DNA of 12,560 bases from Ascoidea asiatica JCM 7603 (lineage: Eukaryota; Fungi; Ascomycota): positions 168,116-180,675 of the forward strand of contig BCKQ01000020.1 of the NCBI GenBank assembly GCA_001600695.1. The letters run 5' to 3'. The translations under genes and the position numbers were made by a program. Below, one piece after another: positions 1 to 8,473 of the stretch (position 1 is its first letter; each line of letters starts with the position of its first letter). The notes below the pieces were generated by a model. It was not told where the DNA came from. It was given only the letters and a program-made list of their open reading frames with translations, and made no database searches.

Positions 1-12
1 AAAATAATCACA

Positions 13-1057
13 ATGTCAGAAATACGTCAGTAAGTATTTATTCAATCATAATCCAAAAGTAAGATAATAAAGATAAAATACTAATGAAATATATTATTTT
101 ATTTTAATAAGATTTATTAAAGAAATACCTCCTGTAACAAGGACATTTTTACTTGGTCCATTAACTTTACAAGGTTTACATTCTTTAGGTTTAATATCTT
201 CTTCAACTTGGCTTTGTTATTGGCCTGCAATTTTTAAAAAATATCAAATTTGGAGACCATTTTCTGCATTTTTTATTGCTTCTGGTATTCCAATGGAACA
301 ATTATTTACAATGTATATGATTTATTCATATGGAAAATCTTTAGAAATTAATAAATTTAAAAACATTACTTTAAATTATATTTATTATATTATTATTATA
401 TGTCCAATATTATTATTTTCAACAATTTTAACAGAAAAATTAGCTTTATTAAGTGCATTACTTGGTTCATTTATTTATACATGGTCAAGATTTAATAAAA
501 ATACAAGAGTTAATTATATGTTCATACCAATTAAAGGAGAATTATTACCTTTGGCAACATTATCATTTTCATTATTATTAGGTGGATTTAATGCATTCTG
601 GGAATCTTTATGGGGTTGTATTGGAGGTTATGTTTATGGATGTTTTGAAAATGGAAATTTTGGTCCATTTATTCATTATTTAAATTATAAATTTTTTATT
701 AAAAATGATAATAATAATAATAATAATAATAATAGTGAAAAATATATTGATGGTGGATTTCTTAATGCACCAGATTGGTTAATTTCATTAAGAAATACAT
801 TATTACCAACACATACATATGCAGGAAATAAATATAATTATTTAAAAAAAAATAGAGGAGGTTATAGACTTGGAGATTTAGATGATCAAGATAATAATAA
901 TAATAATAATAGTAATAGTAATAGTAATAGTAATACCGAAAGTAATAGCATTGGTGTTAATAAAAAAGAATCTCAGAATAAATCTTCGAGTAGTGGATTA
1001 TTAAGAAATTTAACTAGAAGTAATTTTAAAGGTAAAGGTCATAGACTTGGGGAATGA
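13..1057 (+). CDS. DFM1: Derlin-family rhomboid pseudoprotease, Dfm1-like, copy A; join(13..29,112..1057), 320 aa
   Basis: ATG at 13, spliced across 30..111, gives MSEIRQFIKEIPPVTRTF..., in frame with the 293..1057 ORF. Has the derlin N-terminal IPPVTR, the WR motif (YQIWRPF), several TM segments and GxxxG (GCIGG). Two C-terminal SHP-box-like Cdc48-binding motifs (GGYRLG, FKGKGHRLG) favour Dfm1 over Der1. Confidence 0.88.
30..111 (+). other. Spliceosomal intron of DFM1 copy A (82 nt)
   Basis: 5' site GTAAGT at 30, branch point TACTAAT at 79-85, 3' AAG ending at 111. Removal restores the reading frame and the conserved derlin N-terminus. Confidence 0.85.
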
Positions 1058-1085
1058 GCAAAAAAAAAAAAATAGAAATTGATAA

Positions 1086-1544
1086 TTAATAATCAACAAA
1101 ATCATCACCTTTATCTTTACAATATTCAATTAATGGTTCAATAATTTTTTTCCATTTTTCAGAATTATTATAATATTCATCACAACCATCAGAAATACAT
1201 TTATTAACTTTATATCTAAAATGAGCAGAACAATTACAATTTTCACCAATTAAATCATCTTGAAAATTACAACCTTTAAAAAGTAATTCAGTTTCTCTAC
1301 ATTCTTTATCACACCAAAAATCAGGCCATTGAATATCATCATTTAATTTTTTTAATTCAGATAATGGTAAATTTTTAATTTCTTCATATGATAAATCTGA
1401 TAAATTTAATAAATTTGATAAATTTGATAAATTTGTTAAATTTCTTGATTGAATAATATTTTCTAAATCATTTGGAATTGGACCTGCGGAGGTAATAAAA
1501 GAAAAAGAAAAAAGAGTAAATGGAATTAAAATATATGAATGCAT
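1086..1544 (-). CDS. Small secreted cysteine-rich protein, CFEM-like (152 aa)
   Basis: N-terminal signal peptide (MHSYILIPFTLFSFSFITSA) and an NLT/NLS repeat linker. Eight Cys spaced C-x3-C-x9-C-x10-C-x-C-x10-C-x4-C-x20-C, close to the CFEM pattern. Codon usage matches the host. Confidence 0.75.
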   Translation of the reverse strand: MHSYILIPFTLFSFSFITSAGPIPNDLENIIQSRNLTNLSNLSNLLNLSDLSYEEIKNLPLSELKKLNDDIQWPDFWCDKECRETELLFKGCNFQDDLIGENCNCSAHFRYKVNKCISDGCDEYYNNSEKWKKIIEPLIEYCKDKGDDFVDY

Positions 1545-1919
1545 TTTTAAATATATTATTATATTATTACGTTAAACTTTTGTATATATAAGATATTATG
1601 ATTATTAGAAATTGAATAATAATTTGCTAATGATTAATGATTAATGATTAAATGATTAATGAATAATGAGTTAATAGTTTTAAAAGTAGTAAATATTATA
1701 TTAACAAAAATAAAATCTGATTATTATACTGTATATTTAAATGGGTATTCGAATCTTAATATTGAGTTAACCATGGAATAAACAGAAAGAAATGACAGAA
1801 AAACTAAAAAATTAAATGTTTTCTTCAGCAAATTCACCAAATTCACCAGAAAACCTCAAAAACTTCAAAAAAAAAAAGGATTTTGGCACAAAAACAAAAA
1901 AATCAAAAAATATAAAAAC

Positions 1920-2135
1920 ATAGCCGATAGCCGACACAGTCGGATATGCCGGCATATGAATATGTATGCATATGCTTTTATACATGCCTTTAATAACAGT
2001 TTGGTGCTTATAACGGAACTTAAAAAAAGTGTTCCGGAAACAAATCCATGCACAAGGAAATAAGAGCCCTAATTGCATCCGTAAGAGCCCTTTTGCTTCC
2101 GTGTACGGAATCCTTGTAACCGTGCCATGGAACTT
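1920..2135. promoter_or_regulatory. GC-richer, palindrome-rich core of the divergent promoter between the CFEM-like gene and the EMP47-like gene
   Basis: CCGAC-N3-GTCGG 1931-1943, ATATGCCGGCATAT 1944-1957, TTCCGGAA 2032-2039, TAAGAGCCCT twice (2061, 2082), TTCCGTGTACGGAA 2097-2110; A-tracts on the left. Confidence 0.45.
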
Positions 2136-2383
2136 GTTCCTGTATTTTGTTCCTGACTTTGTTAGGTGTTAATTTCAGGAACAATTTCAATTTCAATCTG
2201 GAGATGGACAATGAAAGTTGGAAATATTTCAATGAATTGACAAGAAACAATGAAATATACAAAAGATATAAGATAATATTCTAATTGTAAAGTGTAAATT
2301 AACTTGTTTTAGTAATAAAAATATTGTGGATTATCCAATTTCAATTTCAATTCAAGAAAATTCAAGAAAAAATATTTAAAAAA

Positions 2384-4024
2384 ATGTTTCAATTAATAAA
2401 ATTAAAATTAAATTTAAAGATAAATTTAATTTTTTTACCAATTTTAATAATATTTCTTTTATCATTAATTAAATCAATTAATGCTCATTATCCTACTGAA
2501 CCAGTGAAATTTTCTTCAATGTTATCATTACCTGATTTAACATCATTAATTGATAATTTTAAAATTGAAAATTTACCAAATTTTAAAAAAAAACATTCAA
2601 CAATTTTTAAACCTGGTAGAATAATTTTAACTCCAAGTGGTAATGAAGATAATAATGATATTGAAAATAATAATGATAATAATAGTAATAAAAAAAGAAT
2701 AATTGGTTCAATTTGGAATTTAAAAAATAAATTATATTCAAATAATTGGACAATTAAATTAACTTTTAGATCTTTAAATGCTTTAGGTAAAACTAATGGT
2801 GGTCTTGCATTTTTTTTAATTAAAGATGATGATAATAATAATAATAATAATTTTAAAGATTTTGAGAAAAATGTAATTAATAATGATATTGATTTATATG
2901 GTGGTCCATCAAAATTTAATGGTTTATCTTTAATTATTGATTCTAATGGTCCTTTATCTTCTTCACTTAGAGGTTATTTAAATAATAATGAAAAAAAATT
3001 TAATATTAATGATAATTTATTTTTTAGCCAAAGTTTTGCTTCATGTTTAATTGCTTATCAAAATTCAAAAGTTCCAATAACTTTAAAATTATCATATTCA
3101 AAAAATAATAATAATTTATTTGTTGCTTCAATTGATAATAAAATTTGTTTTAGATCTCAAAATTTAATTGATTTTTCAAATTCTAATGGTTATTATATTG
3201 GTATATCTGCAGATTCTGGTGATAATGGTATTGAAAATTTTGAAATTTTAAAATTTAAAGTTTTTGATGAAGATATTTTAAAAGAAGAATTAAATGAATT
3301 TGGTGAATATGCTTTACAACCAAAATTAATTCAAAAAACAATTGATAAAAATGATAATAAAGAAAAATATATTGAAGCTCCAATTGAACAACAAAAATTA
3401 AATATACAAAATTTACAAAAACAAAAAGATGAAATTGAAAAAATTAATCAAGAAAATAATAATAATAACAATAATAATAATAACAATAATAATAATCAAA
3501 TAAATAATGATTTAATTAAATTAACAAATTTAATGCATTCATTAGAATCTAAATTTCAAAAGTTTAATAATAAATTAGAAGATTCTATTAAAAAACAAAA
3601 TTCAATATCATCATCATCAACGACAAATAATAATAATGGAAATTCAAATTCAAACATTGATACTGAAAGAATTTTAAATGAAATTAATTCATTAAATTCA
3701 AAACTAAATACAATTAATGATCAAATTGAAGAAATTTCAATAGTTCAAGATAATTCAATTTTAAAAAATTTAAGAAAATTAATTTTAATTGAAGATAATA
3801 AAAAATTAGATAAAAATAATTTTATAAATACAAATTTAAAAAATTTAAATAATTTAATCAATCAACAAAAATTAAATGCAAAACCAATGAATCATTCAAA
3901 TAATTCTTCTATTAATTTAAATTCAATAAAATATATAATGTGGTTATTAATAATAATTACTTCATGTTTATTATTCATTAATGTTAAATTAACAAGTGAA
4001 ATTAAACATTCAAAATTATTATGA
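2384..4024 (+). CDS. EMP47: L-type lectin ER-Golgi cargo receptor, Emp46/Emp47-like (546 aa from ATG 2384)
   Basis: Signal peptide, then a legume-lectin-like domain (GRIILTP, GSIW, WTIKLTFRS, GGLAFF, LYGGPSKFNGLSLIIDSNG, IGISADSG, FEILKFKVF). Followed by a coiled-coil stalk, a C-terminal TM and the tail KHSKLL, similar to the Emp47 KxKLL end. The ORF-track start at 2324 is a TTG; the first ATG is at 2384. Confidence 0.85.
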   Translation: MFQLIKLKLNLKINLIFLPILIIFLLSLIKSINAHYPTEPVKFSSMLSLPDLTSLIDNFKIENLPNFKKKHSTIFKPGRIILTPSGNEDNNDIENNNDNNSNKKRIIGSIWNLKNKLYSNNWTIKLTFRSLNALGKTNGGLAFFLIKDDDNNNNNNFKDFEKNVINNDIDLYGGPSKFNGLSLIIDSNGPLSSSLRGYLNNNEKKFNINDNLFFSQSFASCLIAYQNSKVPITLKLSYSKNNNNLFVASIDNKICFRSQNLIDFSNSNGYYIGISADSGDNGIENFEILKFKVFDEDILKEELNEFGEYALQPKLIQKTIDKNDNKEKYIEAPIEQQKLNIQNLQKQKDEIEKINQENNNNNNNNNNNNNNQINNDLIKLTNLMHSLESKFQKFNNKLEDSIKKQNSISSSSTTNNNNGNSNSNIDTERILNEINSLNSKLNTINDQIEEISIVQDNSILKNLRKLILIEDNKKLDKNNFINTNLKNLNNLINQQKLNAKPMNHSNNSSINLNSIKYIMWLLIIITSCLLFINVKLTSEIKHSKLL

Positions 4025-4344
4025 TTTTCTTCCTTTTACTTTTACTTTTAATTTCACTTTTATATCACCTTTTACATTTTATTTTTTAAATATCTTTTAA
4101 ATTATTCTTCCATTTTATTTTTTTTCTCAAGTTGGTATCATTAACTGTATTTGTATTTAGTATTTTTATCGTTTATATTCAATACACGTCTCTTCTAATT
4201 CAATTGCTTCACTTCAATTCAGCTATTTTAATTCAATACATGTCTCTTCAACTAATCGTTTCTTTCCTTCAATTGTTTCAATTAAAATTGATTTCAAATT
4301 GATTTCAAATTACTTTCAATTTAATTTCAAATTTAATTTCAAAT

Positions 4345-4590
4345 TGAAAAATTTCAGTGCCCCGTAAATAAAAGCGGGAATTCCGAGCTTTTTTATGGAA
4401 CCCCGAATATATTTTGTGACCCGAAAAACACGAAAAAAAAAAAAACGCGAAAAAATTAAAAACAAAAACCAAAAAACAAAAAAAAAAGCTGAAGCCACAA
4501 AAATAGGAAATTTTTTAAATTTTTTAAATTCTTCAAATTCTTCAAATTCTTCAAATTATCTCATTTTTAACATATTTCTATATTTAAGGG
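4345..4590 (+). promoter_or_regulatory. Promoter module: RRPE, Reb1-like site, SCB/MCB-like sites, poly(A) tracts, TATA-like element
   Basis: TGAAAAATTT 4345-4354, TGACCCG 4417-4423, CACGAAA 4429-4435, ACGCGAAA 4445-4452, TATATTTAA 4579-4587. Motif identities are borrowed from S. cerevisiae. Confidence 0.4.
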
Positions 4591-4865
4591 TTCATTGATT
4601 ATAATTACCTAGAAATTGGGGTATTTTAGAAAAACACTGCCTATGAAATAAATAGAAACAATCTAATAAATCAAGTTATGAAATTGTCAGAAATGGAACT
4701 TAATAATCTTTGAAGAATTACCACAACTAAGGCAAATCAACAGATTTATTATCATTTGATAAAAATGATTTTAAAAGAAATCATATAAATACAAAATGAA
4801 TTATTGATTCTCCTTTTAATTCACTTTAATAAATATTTCTGCAAATCTTGTTGAATTTGATACAA

Positions 4866-4889
4866 TATATATATATATATATATATATA
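4866..4889. repeat. (TA)12 microsatellite 20 bp upstream of the 4910 ATG
   Basis: Read directly. A second (TA)8 lies at 5433-5448, downstream of the same gene. Confidence 0.95.
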
Positions 4890-4909
4890 ATTCAATAACA
4901 ATATTCAAA

Positions 4910-5353
4910 ATGTTATCAACTATAAGACTTGCATCTATAATAATCTTAGGAGTTTTTATTCTTTTATTTTTCATAAATTTAATTCAATTATTTAGAGTTT
5001 ATTCAAGAAAAGAATTTAAAAATTATTCAAAACAAATTTATATTAGTTTAGTAATAACTGCTTTTTCAATTTGGTCAATTCCTGATACTTATAATGAATT
5101 AGATCAATGTTATCCTCAATCAAATTCAAATTCAAATTCAAATAATGCAAATAATTTTGATAATTATACAAAAATTTGTAAAATTATGTCTGCAATTTCA
5201 ATAACTTTGGTTCCTTTATTTAGTTTTGTTATTGCTTTTATTACTTTAACAAAAGTTACAAGACATTTTAAAAAAAATGATAAATCTAATTATATTAATT
5301 TCATATCTAATAATAATATTCAAAATAATTCTTATCAGAAATTACAAGACTAA
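4910..5353 (+). CDS. Small 3-TM membrane protein of unknown function, tandem paralog A (147 aa)
   Basis: Three hydrophobic segments and a Cys-bounded loop (YNELDQC...YTKICKIMSAISIT). A clear paralog lies immediately downstream. Good AAAATG start context. Confidence 0.8.
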   Translation: MLSTIRLASIIILGVFILLFFINLIQLFRVYSRKEFKNYSKQIYISLVITAFSIWSIPDTYNELDQCYPQSNSNSNSNNANNFDNYTKICKIMSAISITLVPLFSFVIAFITLTKVTRHFKKNDKSNYINFISNNNIQNNSYQKLQD

Positions 5354-5793
5354 CAATAAATATAAATATTTTAAGAAATTTAAGTAATTAATCACTAGTA
5401 TTTTTTTGTTTTATAATATAATATAATTTTAATATATATATATATATATTTCAATATTATTATTTGTTTGTTTCATTATTATTTCTGTTTTATTTCTATT
5501 TTCATTTTTATACTAAAAAAATCACTTAATCATTTATTAAAACTTTTGATCTACTGTACTCTTAAAAATAAATCTCAAAAATTGAATTAAATACAGGATT
5601 CTGGATATTTATTATACCAAGCCCTTGTTTGCAATATGAAAGGTTCCAATTATCAAATTTAATAATAATTTTTGTTTTCTTTGTCATATATAAAGGAGTT
5701 TATATTTAATTTTATCTTTTTTATTTTATCTTTTTTCTTTGAAAATAAGATTATTTCAACTTCCTACTAAATCAAATATTTATATGAATAAAA

Positions 5794-6220
5794 ATGTTAA
5801 AACAAATAAGAATTACAGTTGTAACAATTGCATCTGTTTTTCTTTTATTAATTTCCATTAATATAGTTATGTTATATAAAATATACTCAAGAAACTTATC
5901 TCAAAATTATGTTAACGAAATTTTTTTTAATGTCATAGTATCTACATATTCATTTTGGCAACTTTTTGATAATTATAATGAATTAGATCAATGTTTTTCA
6001 GATTCAAATTCGAGTAGTGATAATGATTATTATACAAAAAAGTGTAAATTAATGTCTGCAATTTCAATAACTGTTGTTCTTTTTATGAATAGTCTTTTTG
6101 CATTTTTTTCTTCAATTAAAATTTTAAAAATTTTTAAAAAAGATAAAAAAAACTGATTATCTGAGTCTTACTTCTCATAATAATACTCAAAATAACTCTG
6201 ATCAAAACTTACAAGATTAA
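5794..6220 (+). CDS. Small 3-TM membrane protein, tandem paralog B; stops at 6156 as given, but extends to 6220 (141 aa) if one A is removed from A8 at 6145-6152
   Basis: Shares YNELDQC and CKxMSAISIT with paralog A, plus a 23-nt identical block (5089-5111 = 5973-5995). The shifted frame reads TDYLSLTSHNNTQNNSDQNLQD*, which aligns without gaps to paralog A's SNYINFISNNNIQNNSYQKLQD*. Confidence 0.8.
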
Positions 6221-6317
6221 TTTTTAAAATGGTTCAAAGAAATAAATTAAATTTATATATTATAATAAAAACTAATATTCAATTAACTCATCAACTACCT
6301 AAATACATATATATATG

Positions 6318-6506
6318 CTATGAATGAAAGGGTTTATCTGCATATTTTCTTGTTGATCTAACTTCTATTTTTCCAGTACTTATAAAAGCTAATGGAATTG
6401 GTGAACAATTTAAAAAATGTTTAGATAATGTAAATCTTAATCTATAATCACCAGTTACTATAATTCCTAAATCTCTAAATTGAAAGTCATAAATAGCTAT
6501 TTCCAA

Positions 6507-6540
<34 letters not shown>

Positions 6541-6845
6541 GTTTTATTTGAATTCAAATTATAATCAAAATTCGGATTAAAAATGGTATTTGCAACAACA
6601 ATTTTATTACCATTTAAAATATTTTGATTTGAAACTAGCAAATTTGTTTCATAATCAAATATTGAAACATCAGTAATAAATTGAGAATTAGTTAATGAAT
6701 TATTATTGGTAATTAATTTAATTATATTATATGGTTTCAATAATCTTTTTGTTTTATATGATGATTGTCTCCCATGAGTTGAAGATTGTACAATTGAAAA
6801 ATTATAAAAATAATTTATTGAATTAATGTTTCTATTTTCAGCCAT
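6318..6845 (-). CDS. Velvet-domain protein (VeA/VelB/VosA/VelC superfamily), minimal single-domain form (175 aa)
   Basis: N-terminal YNFSIVQSSTHGR...KRLLKPYNIIKL matches velvet Y.L.I.QQP..AR...RR.IDP.PII.L. ILNG..VV matches the L.G.LV strand. FQFRDLGIIVTGDYRLRFTL matches F.F.DLSVR.EG.YRLRF.L. STGKIEVRSTRKY matches S..F.V...K.F. Confidence 0.75.
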
Positions 6846-8473
6846 TTTTGTTTGAAGGAAAAAAAAAGAAATTTTATATAACTTTGAAATAAAATAAGTC
6901 TTCTTTTGATGATTGTTTTGATATTTTGTAAATAAACCATTTTATAATATTTAAAAACTATTTAATTGTAATTACTAATGTCCTTTATATATCAATATTG
7001 ATCAAATATCTCTTAAATTAACAAATCAACCTCAAATCAAAAGATATTGTTTTTTCCTATAATCTGGTTCAAATCAATGACTTTGTACTCCTTTCAAAAG
7101 AACTTCATTGATTCTAAAGTACTGTAAGTAACAACCCATTTATTTCAAATCCAGTTATTGATCATATATTTGATTCCAGCTTCCTTTAAAGTTTTCCTTT
7201 ACAAGTAAAGGTTTTGTCATCATTTTTGATTAAGGTAATGATATATTACAATAAGTTATAAAAACACATAATTATAACATTTAATTCAATTATTTGGGAT
7301 AATAATTGATGTTTTATTACGATTTATTATATGAGATTATTGATTTCAAAATCAGTAAAATAATATATTACCGATAAAAGAGGCGAATTTCAAATGTTTA
7401 CAAATTATCTGTTAGAAAAATGAATAAGTATAGCCTTTAACGACAAGCCATCATTAAAATTTCGATTTAAAATCAAATAAATCAAAAATTTTCAAGAAAG
7501 ATAATGAAGCATCAGATTATAAAATATAAAAAGTGATTAATGCTCTCGTTTTTTATTGTATTTTTATATACATTCAATTCTTTCAGATCCCTAAAAACAA
7601 TTATTTATTCTCCGAAGCCATGATATTTTTTCACTGTTTTTAAAATGAATACTCATTGATACTCAACAAATTTTTTAGGATTAATTCAGCCAATAGATTT
7701 GATATATTTCCATAAAGATGATAATAAAATTATTTTACCTCTTTTTTAATATTGACTATTAATCTAGTTATTGAAATTTATTAGAAAAAAAAAAGAGCTT
7801 TAAATTCAAAGTTCAAGTATTTTTAACCTCAAGAGAACTTTTAACTCCTTACTTTCAGAATTCAAATCATTCATAAATTGATGAATGACCTATTTAAAAA
7901 AGGTTGGGTTTGAAAGGTCTTGTATATTGTAATTTTTCAATTTCAACTTCAACTTTGAATTTTTATCCAAAAAAATGAAAAAAAAATAAAAAAACATTTA
8001 AATTTAAAAGGTTTTTGATCCGTAAAAACTTAAAATACGATCCAAAAAATGTTGTTCCATGTGGTAGCATGCACTTTTGTATCCCGAGAGTAGAGGAATT
8101 TCGTACTTGTCTGTAACTATATGCGGCTAGCATTTTTTTGAGTTAGTTCAATTGCCGGGCCAATCAAAACACTTTAGAAAGAATTAAAAAATATTTTTAA
8201 AATGAAAAAATGAAGTAAATAATAAAGTTAAAGATAAATTTATTAGACGTGAATATTTACATTAATTTTATAGATATATAAATAATTTGTAATTGAAATT
8301 GTAATTGAAATAGTTATTATTAAAAAAATTTAAAAAGGTATTTTAAAGAATAAAGTAATTTTTGAATAAAGATAAATAGAAAACAGAAAATAGAAAATAG
8401 AATGGAGTCATTAAAGTATTATGATTAAAATAAGAATAAAAATAATAATAATAATCATAGAACTAAACTATAA

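Larger units (their letters stand above)
1..1057 (+). repeat. Left arm of ~1.06 kb inverted repeat (pairs with 11492..12560)
   Basis: Base-by-base comparison with the reverse complement of the window end shows 4 substitutions (364, 534, 951, 1051) and two microsatellite length changes. The intron is identical. Confidence 0.98.

Noticed and set aside
1058-1072. A13 after the DFM1 stop codon as a retrocopy poly(A) tail
   Set aside because: Both copies retain the intron, so this is not a processed retrogene.
2043-2080. Resemblance to the RNase MRP terminal stem (AATCCATG)
   Set aside because: No CR-I GAAAGTC motif, and the enclosed span is too short.
1812-2262. Three short overlapping minus-strand ORFs (88, 62 and 80 aa)
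   Set aside because: Phe/Lys-rich translations of promoter A-tracts with no family motifs; two lack an ATG start.
2324-2383. 20-aa N-terminal extension of the lectin ORF
   Set aside because: It starts at TTG; ATG 2384 has AAA context and precedes the signal peptide.
4316-4598. Short ORFs on both strands
   Set aside because: Translations of poly(A) tracts and 9-bp tandem repeats in a promoter.
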